Positions 32,610-42,056 of a stretch of 64,000 nucleotides of DNA are shown in pieces. The number at the start of each line of letters is the position of its first letter. Within the stretch, counting starts at the first letter, position 1. The notes below the pieces were generated by a model, which searched no databases, was not told the origin of the DNA, and saw only the letters and a list, made by a program, of their open reading frames with translations. The translations under genes and the position numbers were made by a program. This DNA is from Caldisericia bacterium. Its GTDB lineage: Bacteria > Caldisericota > Caldisericia > B22-G15. The DNA is taken from the NCBI GenBank assembly GCA_030018355.1, contig JASEFN010000004.1, positions 152,291 through 216,290 of the forward strand, in the 5' to 3' direction.

Positions 32610-33575
32610 TTACCTCTTATATAATTTTTCCAATTTTTTAATTTCCTCAATAATTTCATCTCTAAATGATTCTGGCTCTAAAACCTCTACATGACTACCA
32701 TAACCAATTATCCATCTTTTAATTTCATTTCTATTTCCATTTATTTTTAAAATTATACTTCCATCATCTAATTCTTTAATTTCTTGACTTTCGTGCCATA
32801 TTCTTTCTTTTATCCATTTTGATTGATAGGAATCAAATTTCAACTTTATTGTTTCTATTTCACCCTTATAAATCCTAAATGCTTGATTTAAATAATTTTT
32901 GATATTAAAATTTTTATCTCTTTCAAATCTTTCGTTTAAAATCTCTATTTCTTTGATTCTATCTAATGCAAAATCTCTAAACTCATTCCTTTTATGACAA
33001 AAAGCAACAAGATACCAAATTCCTTCTGAGTTGTAAATATGATAGGGATCTAAAATTCTCTCACTTGTTTCATCTCTTGTGATTGTATAGTAAACAATTT
33101 TAATTCTTCTGTTTTCTCTTATTGCTTTGAAAATCTTATCAAAGGTTTTTAATATATCTTTTTTTATTTTTATTGGCGATATGCTTACAGATAAAATATT
33201 TTCTAAATCTTCACTACTTATTATTAAATTTTCAGGAAGAAGTTCTTGCAATTTTCTTGTTAAAGTTTTTGCTGTCTCGAAAAATGGGGTTGATTTAAAT
33301 TCTTTTAAAATATTATTAGCAATAAAAAGGGTCAAAATTTCTCCTGCAGAAAGAAAGTTTAATGGAAAATTCCAATCTTCTTTAAAATAATATCCACCAT
33401 TCTTTTTTGAATAAAAAATAGGAGCGTTGAATGTGTATTTAAGAGTTTGAATATCTTTTTTTATTGTTCTCTTTGAGACCTCCTCTTCTTCTGATAGTTC
33501 ATCTACAGATGGATATTTCCCATCTTTTATTTTTTTATAAATTCTAAAAAGCCTCCCGAGTTCAAATCTTTTCAT
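32610..33575 (-). CDS. HTH-WYL-WCX domain transcriptional regulator (PafBC/BrxR/CapW-like ligand-sensing regulator).
   Basis: N-terminal DeoR-type wHTH (...VSKRTIKKDIQTL...) is followed by a central WYL motif (DPYHIYNSEGIWYLVAFCHKRNEFRDFALDRI). It is 321 aa and its stop lies 33 bp upstream of the cas6 start. Confidence 0.75.
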   Translation of the reverse strand: MKRFELGRLFRIYKKIKDGKYPSVDELSEEEEVSKRTIKKDIQTLKYTFNAPIFYSKKNGGYYFKEDWNFPLNFLSAGEILTLFIANNILKEFKSTPFFETAKTLTRKLQELLPENLIISSEDLENILSVSISPIKIKKDILKTFDKIFKAIRENRRIKIVYYTITRDETSERILDPYHIYNSEGIWYLVAFCHKRNEFRDFALDRIKEIEILNERFERDKNFNIKNYLNQAFRIYKGEIETIKLKFDSYQSKWIKERIWHESQEIKELDDGSIILKINGNRNEIKRWIIGYGSHVEVLEPESFRDEIIEEIKKLEKLYKR

Positions 33576-35539
33576 ATCTGTTTTTTCTTAAATTGAACAG
33601 TTTCTTGAGTTGGTTTAAAGTTTAATTTTTTCGAAATATCATTAATTAATGAAAAAATGTATTGTTGAGAATAATCTGAAAAACCTTTGTTTTTTAAATT
33701 TTTATAAACTGTTTCTTTTTTTATAAAAACTTTTGATTGAGCATTTTCAAGTAAAATATTTTCTATTTCTTTTTCTATATTTTTTAATTGTATTTGAGGT
33801 TTAATTTTTGGGTTTAGAATTAAATCAAAATCAATCCCACTTTGTTTTAATAATGTTTTTAAATCTTCAAAATTGAATTCACTTAAATCAAATATTTCAG
33901 ATAAATTGATAAGATAGGAAAGATAAGCAAGTTCTGTATTATTTAATTCATCTTTTCTTAATATTCTATAACTTATAAACATATCTATTGAAACATCTTC
34001 AAGTGGTGATTTTGTTATCCAATATAGATATCTATTTTGATTTTCTTTTAAAATTTCAATTCTTGATTTTATATCATCATACCCTACTCTTCCTTCTTTC
34101 ATTTTAATTTCGAAAATAACCTCATAAGGTGGTTCATAATATTTCATAACTTTAAGTAAAATATCTGCGGAGTAATTTAAAATTTTAACTTCAGAGTCTG
34201 CTTCAATAAAGATTTTATTTGATTCAAAATATTTTTTTAAGTAATTAAAAATTTGTGATAACTTCTCATTTATAAATTGAGAACTCTTCTCTTGTTTAAC
34301 CCTTTTTTCCAATTCATTTCTAAAGAATTCACACTCTAATTCATTAAGATTGACTTTATCTTTTTTAAATTCTTTTATAAAATTTTTAATATCATAATAA
34401 TAAGTTATTTTTCCATTCTTTCTTATTTTTTCAATTAAATCAAAAATATTTCTCAAAGTGTCTCTCAAATCTCTTCTATTGTAATCATATAAAAACTTTA
34501 AAGTATCCTTATTAAAAATTCCTAAAATATTATCTGGTGGTAAAGCTCCTTCTTGAATATAATCTTTCCAAAATTTATTAAATGCACTTTTTATTAAATC
34601 TACAAAATTATCTGGATTTAAATTTTCAAAATAAATTGGATAAAACCAATCTTCAATTCTTTTCCTTTCATTTTGACTTAAACTTTGAATAAATTCATCA
34701 TAAAATGTAGAAGATCCTGCAAAAATAAGTGTAAAATTTTTTAATAATGTTGAATCATTTCTAAATCCCATCAAAATTTTATATAAACTTCTATATATTT
34801 TTTCATTTCTTTCATAAATATCAAAATCATCAATCATTAAAACTGTATGAGTGATTTCTAAATAATTTTTTAAAAATTTTGAAAAATTACCTAATTTCGT
34901 GATAGCATCCATCTCATTTTTTGAATTTACTAAATCTGAAGAGGGTATTTCATTTGGTACCTCTTGATCATTGTAAAAGAAATTTTCATAATATATTTCA
35001 GTTGGTGAGGGTGAAGTTGATGATATAACAAAACTAATTATTTTAGGATAACTTCTTAAAATTGGTGGAAGATTCCCCACTTCTTTTTTTAATTTATTTA
35101 ATAAAATATTTAATTCTTCTTCTGTTTCTGGTTTCTTCAAAAATATATAATTACATTCTTTAAAAATTTTATCTTGTATCTCATTCAAGATTTTAGAATA
35201 AAATAGTTCTTTTAAATAATTTTTATAAATGTATGAGAAATTAAGTTCCTCTAAATCTATTGGAAATTTCATGTAAACATATAAAATGTTACTCTTCGGA
35301 TATGAGTATTTTCTTTTAAAATTTCTGAGGAAAGTTGTTTTACCTTTTCCTTGATCTCCTAAAATAAAGATTAAAAATCCACTATTTTCAATTATTGCTT
35401 TATTTACAAATTCTAAAAGTTCTTCTTCCTCCTTTTCTCGATTTATAAAACCAAATTTTTCATCTAAATCAACATAAGGAGGCGGAGGTATTGGATTTGG
35501 AAGATTTTTATCTAATAAAACGCTTTCCCAACTCTTCAT
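33572..35539 (-). CDS. P-loop NTPase, archaeal-type AAA (Arch_ATPase/PF01637-like N-terminal module) with a large uncharacterised C-terminal region.
   Basis: FINREKEEEELLEFV...GFLIFILGDQGKGKTTFLRNF gives an FxxRExEL lead-in plus a Walker A. Walker B is VLMIDDFDIYE, and sensor-1-like IFAGSS follows. It is 655 aa and overlaps both neighbours by 4 nt. Confidence 0.55.
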   Translation of the reverse strand: MKSWESVLLDKNLPNPIPPPPYVDLDEKFGFINREKEEEELLEFVNKAIIENSGFLIFILGDQGKGKTTFLRNFKRKYSYPKSNILYVYMKFPIDLEELNFSYIYKNYLKELFYSKILNEIQDKIFKECNYIFLKKPETEEELNILLNKLKKEVGNLPPILRSYPKIISFVISSTSPSPTEIYYENFFYNDQEVPNEIPSSDLVNSKNEMDAITKLGNFSKFLKNYLEITHTVLMIDDFDIYERNEKIYRSLYKILMGFRNDSTLLKNFTLIFAGSSTFYDEFIQSLSQNERKRIEDWFYPIYFENLNPDNFVDLIKSAFNKFWKDYIQEGALPPDNILGIFNKDTLKFLYDYNRRDLRDTLRNIFDLIEKIRKNGKITYYYDIKNFIKEFKKDKVNLNELECEFFRNELEKRVKQEKSSQFINEKLSQIFNYLKKYFESNKIFIEADSEVKILNYSADILLKVMKYYEPPYEVIFEIKMKEGRVGYDDIKSRIEILKENQNRYLYWITKSPLEDVSIDMFISYRILRKDELNNTELAYLSYLINLSEIFDLSEFNFEDLKTLLKQSGIDFDLILNPKIKPQIQLKNIEKEIENILLENAQSKVFIKKETVYKNLKNKGFSDYSQQYIFSLINDISKKLNFKPTQETVQFKKKQI

Positions 35540-36156
35540 TTTTTAAATTTTAAATAATAATAACTTTTACCATCAGGAGTGACCAAATTTCCTTCTTTTT
35601 TATCACCATATTCAAGTAAAATCTCATCTTTCAGAAAAAGATTGTATATTGCATTGTGAACTTCTTGAACACTTACGCCATATCTTTGAATCAAACTTGA
35701 AACTATTGATGGTATTGGAACAAGACCAGCTAAATATGAATAATTTTTAGTTGATAGTTCTTTGTAAACTCTATAAATCTCATCAAAAAGATTAACTTTT
35801 TCTCCAAATTTTGTTAAGGTTTCTTTCTTTATGGATAGAATTTTAATTAGATTCTCAAGATTTTCATTTAATTTTTTGATTTCAGATTGAAGATCATTTA
35901 TTCTATCTTTTACAAAATTTTCAAAACTATCTTTTTCCATTCTTTTAATAAACTCAATTTCACCTTTTTCAGTAATAAAGAACTTTTCGCCTCTTCCAAC
36001 TTTTTCTGATTTTGCAAATCCATCTTTTATTAATTTGCTTAGAATTTCTTTAAATTTTTCACCAGAAGGTAAATCTTTTTTTCCAACACCATCTTTTCTT
36101 TTCTCTATTAATTTACTTAATATTTTATTAACCTCCTTCTCCATCTTTTCCTCCAT
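35536..36156 (-). CDS. Hypothetical 206-aa protein. It has a possible N-terminal winged-helix, a coiled-coil middle region and a C-terminal globular domain.
   Basis: It overlaps the downstream ATPase gene by 4 nt. The sequence has KILSKLIKDGFAKSEKVGRGEKFFITEKGEIEF (wH-like) and a helical heptad region. No catalytic motif was recognised. Confidence 0.4.
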   Translation of the reverse strand: MEEKMEKEVNKILSKLIEKRKDGVGKKDLPSGEKFKEILSKLIKDGFAKSEKVGRGEKFFITEKGEIEFIKRMEKDSFENFVKDRINDLQSEIKKLNENLENLIKILSIKKETLTKFGEKVNLFDEIYRVYKELSTKNYSYLAGLVPIPSIVSSLIQRYGVSVQEVHNAIYNLFLKDEILLEYGDKKEGNLVTPDGKSYYYLKFKK

Positions 36157-36288
36157 TAATTTATAAGTTTATTTTCATTTTACTATAAATATTCTATTAA
36201 AAAATTTTAAAATTATTCTAATTAATTATAATTCCTACAACTTTTAAAAAGGTTCCCATAATAGATTCTCCCTCCTTGATTTTAAATT

Positions 36289-38169
36289 TTATTTTTCTAA
36301 ATCAAATGGGTTAATATAGTCTCCAAATTTCTCTTTTGCTTTAATTAACCTCTCCCTCTCATTTTTTAATTCAAAAAATACAACATCTGGAGTATCTTTT
36401 ACTTTCTCTCGATATATTTTTTCAATTCTTTCAATTTTTGAAAGATTTTCTGGAACTCTTATCATAAATTGTTTTATATAATCATCCTTTTTGTATTCTT
36501 TCATTAAATATTCTGAAAAAAGTTTTACCAAATCTTCATATTTTGGAATAATGCCAATTGGTGTTTCTATTCCACCAATATCGCCATTACATCTTAATTC
36601 AATCCACTTGAGCCAGACTTTTTTATCTAGTTTATCATTAAGCCAATTTCCATTTTTATCTTTTAAAAAGTAGTTTACACCATAAATTCTTGGAGGATTT
36701 TTTAAAAACTTTCCAAAATCAAGATTCATTTGGATATATTTCCCAATTGGAATAGATAAGAAATCAAGATTTGCCATTGGATTAAATTCTCTTACACCCT
36801 CTTTTCCAAGTGTTGCTGCAGTTGTTTCAGATTCTAAAGATGCACCTTTTAAAATAATTCCGTGTTGATAGTTAAATGCCTCACAAATAGGAACCCAGGT
36901 GTCTGAATCTCTTCCTCCATAAATGAATCCTTTGACAACAACTCCTTCTGGATTCTCAAGATTAGCATCACAATTTTTCAAATTTTTAAGTTCAAATGTA
37001 AATCTTGCGTTTTTGTGGGATGGATCTATCTCTTTTCCTTCTTTATCCTTTTTTCCTTTATACCACTCTCCGGAATGGTTGTATCCTCTTTCTGGAATCT
37101 CACCGTCTTTTCCAATCCAATAAACAGAACCATCTGGTAGTTTAAGGACATTGGAAAAAATAACTTCATATGGAGAATTTAAAACTTCCCAAATATATGG
37201 ATCATCTTTTGAATTTATACCCATAATTATTCCAAACATTCCTTTTTCAAAATTTGCTGCCCTTACCTCTCCATTTACACTTTTAATTAAAGCAATATCA
37301 TCTCCAACTAATCTTTCACCCATAAGAGTTGCAGTTGATGTTTTTCCACACAAAGATGGGAAGGCGCCAGTTAGATAAGTTACTCTTCCATTTGGGCCAT
37401 TTATTCCAACAATTAACATATGTTCGCAAAGCCAACCCTCAAGATATGCTTTTTTAATAGCAAGTCTCAGTGCTAACTTCTTTAAACCAATTGAGTTTCC
37501 TCCATATTGAGTGTTTAAAGAATAAACAATTTTTTTATCAACATCTATATAAATTCTTCTTTTATCAATATTTTTACTTGTTTTATTATCATCTAACTCA
37601 CCCTCTGAATGAACAAATCTAAAAAACTCATCTTCATCCTTTAGTTTCAAAAAATCTTCATATCCATCTCTATACAGAAGATTTTCAGAATGAGCAACAT
37701 ATGGTGAATCAGTAATTTGAATGCATGGAATTGTAAAAATTGAATTTTTTGGTCCAAGAGTTTTAAAAAGAATATAAATTTCTCTATCTTTGCAAATATC
37801 TTTCATGAGTTCATTTAACTCTTTTTCACCCTCTTCTCTTAAAATAAGATTTAATGTAGGATCAAGATCTGTATCAGGAGATACCATAAATTTTGTGTTT
37901 TTCTTATCTCTTCCCTGATCATAATATCCATCAAAGTGAATTGTATGATTTGGGATTTTTAAAGGTTCCTCTTCTTTTTCTTCAATTGCTCTTCTTTTTA
38001 TATATTCTCTATCCTCATCTGTTCCTATTGAAACAAAAATTTTTTTTGGATTTAAAATTTTTAAGAAATTTTCAATAAAATTATGAACACCTCTGCTCTT
38101 AATTTTTTTTAATCTTTTTAAACTCTCTTCATCAAACTTTTGAGAAAACTCATCTAAATATTCAAACAT
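36289..38169 (-). CDS. pckG: Phosphoenolpyruvate carboxykinase (GTP-dependent).
   Basis: 626 aa. The kinase-1a P-loop FPSLCGKTS (compare the PEPCK-GTP FPSACGKTN) is followed by ...GDDIA... and C-terminal nucleotide-binding blocks. Confidence 0.75.
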   Translation of the reverse strand: MFEYLDEFSQKFDEESLKRLKKIKSRGVHNFIENFLKILNPKKIFVSIGTDEDREYIKRRAIEEKEEEPLKIPNHTIHFDGYYDQGRDKKNTKFMVSPDTDLDPTLNLILREEGEKELNELMKDICKDREIYILFKTLGPKNSIFTIPCIQITDSPYVAHSENLLYRDGYEDFLKLKDEDEFFRFVHSEGELDDNKTSKNIDKRRIYIDVDKKIVYSLNTQYGGNSIGLKKLALRLAIKKAYLEGWLCEHMLIVGINGPNGRVTYLTGAFPSLCGKTSTATLMGERLVGDDIALIKSVNGEVRAANFEKGMFGIIMGINSKDDPYIWEVLNSPYEVIFSNVLKLPDGSVYWIGKDGEIPERGYNHSGEWYKGKKDKEGKEIDPSHKNARFTFELKNLKNCDANLENPEGVVVKGFIYGGRDSDTWVPICEAFNYQHGIILKGASLESETTAATLGKEGVREFNPMANLDFLSIPIGKYIQMNLDFGKFLKNPPRIYGVNYFLKDKNGNWLNDKLDKKVWLKWIELRCNGDIGGIETPIGIIPKYEDLVKLFSEYLMKEYKKDDYIKQFMIRVPENLSKIERIEKIYREKVKDTPDVVFFELKNERERLIKAKEKFGDYINPFDLEK

Positions 38170-38189
38170 CTTATACCTCCAAATTTATT

Positions 38190-38837
38190 TTAATAGATAA
38201 AACCTTGAATTATCAAAAATTGGGCTAAACCATAAGTAATCATTATAATAATTGAATTTTTACTAATTTTACCTTTAAAAATTTGAAGTGCAAGAGTTGA
38301 GTCAGAGAGTATAAAAAGGATAGAACCAATAAATACTAAAAGAGAAGATTTTAATGGAAATATATAAATTCGTGGAATTGTAATAAAACTCATCAAAATT
38401 ATAACAATTATGTAAATTAAGATCTCTTTTTTAAACTCTTCAATTTCAGGGAAGAGAAATTTATAAAAATAAGTACCATAAAGAATATATGGAATAAGAA
38501 AAATAAAAATATAAGAAGGTGTGTTCTCCTTGAAAAAATTTGATGTAATCAAAAATGTTAAAATGTAAAAAATGTGAGAGAGAAGAAAAGAAAATAAACC
38601 TAATTTGAAAAATATTTTTCTCTCTTCAAATAAAAGGAGTACATCTCCTAGAAAACTCATAAATAAAGCAACTATTAAGAGAAAAAGAACATTTTGAGAA
38701 GAAAAAACATAATACAAAATTAAAATTGGCATCAAAAGAGTTTTTGAAAAAAATCTTTTATTATAGAGTTTAAAATGAATAAAAATAAGATCAATGATGA
38801 GAAATAAAAAATATAAAAGTAAAAATATTATCTTCAT
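38190..38837 (-). CDS. YhhN-family (lysoplasmalogenase/TMEM86-like) integral membrane protein.
   Basis: 215 aa with about 6-7 TM segments. It carries the conserved SFLGDVLLL and ILSDSTLA motifs typical of YhhN. Confidence 0.45.
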   Translation of the reverse strand: MKIIFLLLYFLFLIIDLIFIHFKLYNKRFFSKTLLMPILILYYVFSSQNVLFLLIVALFMSFLGDVLLLFEERKIFFKLGLFSFLLSHIFYILTFLITSNFFKENTPSYIFIFLIPYILYGTYFYKFLFPEIEEFKKEILIYIIVIILMSFITIPRIYIFPLKSSLLVFIGSILFILSDSTLALQIFKGKISKNSIIIMITYGLAQFLIIQGFIY

Positions 38838-38883
38838 TCAAATCTCCTTTTTGTTAATTATAAAACATATAATAACTAATTTC

Positions 38884-38916
38884 ATGTTACAAAAGTGTCT
38901 GACACCTTTGTAACAT
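38884..38916. repeat. 33-bp palindromic element, copy 1 (ATGTTACAAAAGTGTCTGACACCTTTGTAACAT).
   Basis: It has 16-bp arms with 1 mismatch. It lies in the divergent intergenic region between the yhhN-like gene start and the FMN riboswitch. Confidence 0.8.
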
Positions 38917-38980
38917 AAGAAGATAATAAGTGAAATTCAAAAATTAAGTAAATGTGATAAAATTAAAAAAGTTAACATAA

Positions 38981-39150
38981 AACCTTCGGGGTCGGGTGGA
39001 ATTCCCTACCGGTGGTAATGGGTTGAGTTAATTTAACTCAACCTTAGCCCACGAGCGTCTCTTCTTCAAAGAGAAGAGATGCAGATTTGGGTGAGATTCC
39101 CGAGCCGACGGTGAAAGTCCGGATGGGAGAAGGTTCCCTCCCCGAAGTCA
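38981..39150 (+). promoter_or_regulatory. FMN riboswitch (RFN element).
   Basis: It matches the RFN consensus blocks: ...CGGGGTCGGGTGGAATTCCCTACCGGTGGTAATGGG...AGCCCACGAGCG...GCAGATTTGGGTGAGATTCCCGAGCCGACGGTGAAAGTCCGGATGGGAGAAGG...CCCCGAAG. The P1 stem is ccttcgggg/ccccgaagg. A CCCTCC anti-RBS lies opposite the GGAGGG RBS of the downstream gene. Confidence 0.8.
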
Positions 39151-39163
39151 AAAGGAGGGAAAG

Positions 39164-39733
39164 ATGAGAAAAAAAACAAAAGAATTAGTTCTTGGTGCAT
39201 TGCTTGCTGCACTTTCTTTTATTTCAATGTATTTTATCCAAATTCCAATTTTTGCTTCAGCGCCATACCTTCAATTTGATCCATCAGAAATTTTCACTCT
39301 CTTTGCTGCATTTTTTATCTCTCCAACAATGGGTGTTCTTGTAACTCTTGTTAAAGTGATTCTTTTTTACTTTACCAAACAGGAAAGTGGAATAATTGGG
39401 TCACTTATGAACTTTTTTGCAGTTGCACCATTTGTTTATTTTGCTGGTGTTATGTTTAAAAAATTAAAAAATTTAATTTATCCTTTAAATTATGTTGTTC
39501 CCATTTTAATTGGCACACTTGTTAGAGTTATTATTATGATACCTCTTAATTTAATCTTCTTACCACTCTTTATTGAAATTGGATTAAAGGAAACTTGGAT
39601 TTACATTTATACAATCAACATTCCATTTAACATAATTGTATCACTTCTTAATGGATTTCTTTTTATTGTTTTTGCTTTTGCTCTATTTAGAATAAAGGAG
39701 ATGAGAAAAAAGTTAGTTGATGTTAAAGAATGA
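39164..39733 (+). CDS. ribU: Riboflavin transporter S-component (ECF-type RibU/YpaA-like). The call rests on the FMN riboswitch context.
   Basis: 189-aa protein with 5-6 TM segments, immediately downstream of the FMN riboswitch, with a strong RBS. Confidence 0.55.
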   Translation: MRKKTKELVLGALLAALSFISMYFIQIPIFASAPYLQFDPSEIFTLFAAFFISPTMGVLVTLVKVILFYFTKQESGIIGSLMNFFAVAPFVYFAGVMFKKLKNLIYPLNYVVPILIGTLVRVIIMIPLNLIFLPLFIEIGLKETWIYIYTINIPFNIIVSLLNGFLFIVFAFALFRIKEMRKKLVDVKE

Positions 39734-41426
39734 AATCTTTTTAAAATTTGAAAAACCTTTAAGATATTTAGGTAGAGAATGGAATTCGGTTTATAAAAAT
39801 CCTAAAGACAAAAAAAGATTCTTACTTATTTATCCCGACCTTTATGAGGTCGGGATTTCTTCTTATGCAATTATTCTTTTATATCATCTCATAAATGAAA
39901 GAGAAGATAGTTTCTGTGAAAGAGTTTTTTCACCCAATTCAGACTTTGAAAATTATTTAATAGAGAATGATCTCCCTCTTTTTTCAATTGAAACAAAAAC
40001 TCCAATAAAAGATTTTCATATATTAGGTTTTAGTTTGCAATCTGAACTTAATTTTACTAATGTTTTAAATATTTTAAAACTTGGAAAAATTGAAATTTTT
40101 TCTAAAGATAGAAAAAATCTCCCAATTATTTTAGGTGGAGGACCACTAACTCTTAATCCATCACCACTTATGCCATTTTTTGATGCTTTTGTGATTGGCG
40201 AAGGAGAAGAGGTTGTAAATGAGATTCTTAATAAATTTGATTTAAATAAAGAGGCTTTTCTTGAAAATCTAAATGAAATTGATGGTATTTTTGTTCCAAA
40301 ATTTGGAAAAAAGAAAATTAAAAAGAGATACATAAAAGATTTTGAAAATTCATACTATCCAAAAAAACCTTTAGTTCCATACATTCAAGTTATTCATGAT
40401 AGAGGAGTTGTTGAGATTTTTAGAGGATGTGATAGAGGCTGCAGATTTTGTGTTTCAGGAATGGAAAAAAGACCAAGAAGAGAAAGAAGCATAAATAAAA
40501 TAGTAGAAATAGTTAACTCAATTATAAAAAACACAGGTTTTGAAGAAATTTCTCTACTTTCTCTTTCAACAACAGATTACTCAAAAATTGAAGAACTTTT
40601 AAAAATTTTAAAAGAGAATCTTAATGATAAAAAAATAACAATCTCTTTACCATCATTAAGAATAGATAGTTTTTCTTTAAAACTACTTGATTTGATTGAT
40701 ACAGGAAGAAGGATAACACTTACCTTTGCACCTGAAGGTGGGAGTGAAAAAATAAGAAAGGTGATGAATAAACCAATAAAAGATGAGGAAATTTTTGAAG
40801 TTATAAGAGAGGCAGTTAAAAGAGGATATAAAAAGATAAAACTCTACTTTCTTGTTGGAGTTCCTTATGAAGATGAAGAAGATATAAAAGGAATAAGAGA
40901 AATTATAAAAAGAATAAAAATTGAAAATAAAGAAATAAAACTTTCAATTTCAATTAATCCTTTTATTCCAAAACCATTTACTCCTTTTCAATGGGAACCC
41001 TTTATTTCAAAAGATGAATATATTAAAAAAATAAAAATTATAAAAAGTGGATTAAAGGATATTAATTTAAATTATAGAGGATGGGAAGAGTCATTTATTG
41101 AAGCAATCCTCTCAAGAGGTGATGAAGAAATTAGTGAATTGATTTATGAGGCCTTTTTATTAGGTGAAAAGTTTTCAAACTGGAGAGAATATTTTCATTT
41201 TGAAATTTGGGAGAGGATTTTAAAAAGAAAGAACTTTAAAATTGTTGATAAAATTTTAAATGGATTTGATTTAAATGATGAGTTTCCATGGGATTTTATT
41301 GATATTGGAATTGATAAAAATTTTTTAATTTGGGAAAGAGAGAAAGCAAAAAGAGGAGAGATAACAGAGCCATGTTTTATGAATTTTGAAAAGTGCTCAT
41401 CATGTGGAGTTTGTTTTAATTTATGA
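39717..41426 (+). CDS. B12-binding-domain radical SAM protein (TIGR03960-like, function unknown).
   Basis: Radical SAM cysteine motif FRGCDRGCRFC, with an N-terminal B12-binding-like domain. It is 569 aa and is paired with a DUF2344 gene. Confidence 0.7.
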   Translation: MMLKNEIFLKFEKPLRYLGREWNSVYKNPKDKKRFLLIYPDLYEVGISSYAIILLYHLINEREDSFCERVFSPNSDFENYLIENDLPLFSIETKTPIKDFHILGFSLQSELNFTNVLNILKLGKIEIFSKDRKNLPIILGGGPLTLNPSPLMPFFDAFVIGEGEEVVNEILNKFDLNKEAFLENLNEIDGIFVPKFGKKKIKKRYIKDFENSYYPKKPLVPYIQVIHDRGVVEIFRGCDRGCRFCVSGMEKRPRRERSINKIVEIVNSIIKNTGFEEISLLSLSTTDYSKIEELLKILKENLNDKKITISLPSLRIDSFSLKLLDLIDTGRRITLTFAPEGGSEKIRKVMNKPIKDEEIFEVIREAVKRGYKKIKLYFLVGVPYEDEEDIKGIREIIKRIKIENKEIKLSISINPFIPKPFTPFQWEPFISKDEYIKKIKIIKSGLKDINLNYRGWEESFIEAILSRGDEEISELIYEAFLLGEKFSNWREYFHFEIWERILKRKNFKIVDKILNGFDLNDEFPWDFIDIGIDKNFLIWEREKAKRGEITEPCFMNFEKCSSCGVCFNL

Positions 41427-42034
41427 TAAGAATCAGAGTTGAATATAAAAAAGAGAATCTTTTTATATTTTTATCTAATCTTGACATAATAAAGTATTTA
41501 GAGAGAACACTAAGAAGAAGTGAGTTACCAATTGTTTATACTCAAGGCTTTAATCCAAAACCTAAAATGGATTTTTCGCCAGCACTTCCTCTTGGAATTC
41601 CAAGTGAGAGTGAAATTTTTGAATTTTATTTAACTCAAAAAACTGCAAATGATCAAATTTTAGAAAAATTAAAGAAAAGTGTTGATAAGGAACTAACAAT
41701 AAAAAGAGTAAGGGAAATAAATATAACTTCACCTTTACTATCTTATCTTATTACTCATTTTGAAATTGAATTAATTGGGGAGATTTTTAGAAAATTTGAT
41801 TTTAAAAATTTCAAAATAAAAAAAGAAAACTATTCATATTTAGAATTAAAAAACTTTCTTTTTCTCGAAGAAGAGATATCTTATGGAAAAAGGTTAATTA
41901 TAAGTAAAAATCTCTCTTTAAGACTTTTTTATGAAAATTTAAAAATATATAGCAATGAGATGCTTTTTATTAAAAAAATAAAAAATTTAAGAATTGAAAA
42001 TGGAAAAATTTATGATTCATTTGATTTAGATTAA
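41423..42034 (+). CDS. DUF2344 (TIGR03936) radical-SAM-linked protein.
   Basis: 203 aa. N-terminal MIRIRVEYKKENLFIFLSNLDIIKYLERTLRRSELPIVYTQGFNPKPKMDF matches the DUF2344 pattern. It overlaps the radical SAM gene by 4 nt. Confidence 0.6.
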   Translation: MIRIRVEYKKENLFIFLSNLDIIKYLERTLRRSELPIVYTQGFNPKPKMDFSPALPLGIPSESEIFEFYLTQKTANDQILEKLKKSVDKELTIKRVREINITSPLLSYLITHFEIELIGEIFRKFDFKNFKIKKENYSYLELKNFLFLEEEISYGKRLIISKNLSLRLFYENLKIYSNEMLFIKKIKNLRIENGKIYDSFDLD

Positions 42035-42056
42035 ATTAGTTGATAAAATAGTTTTA

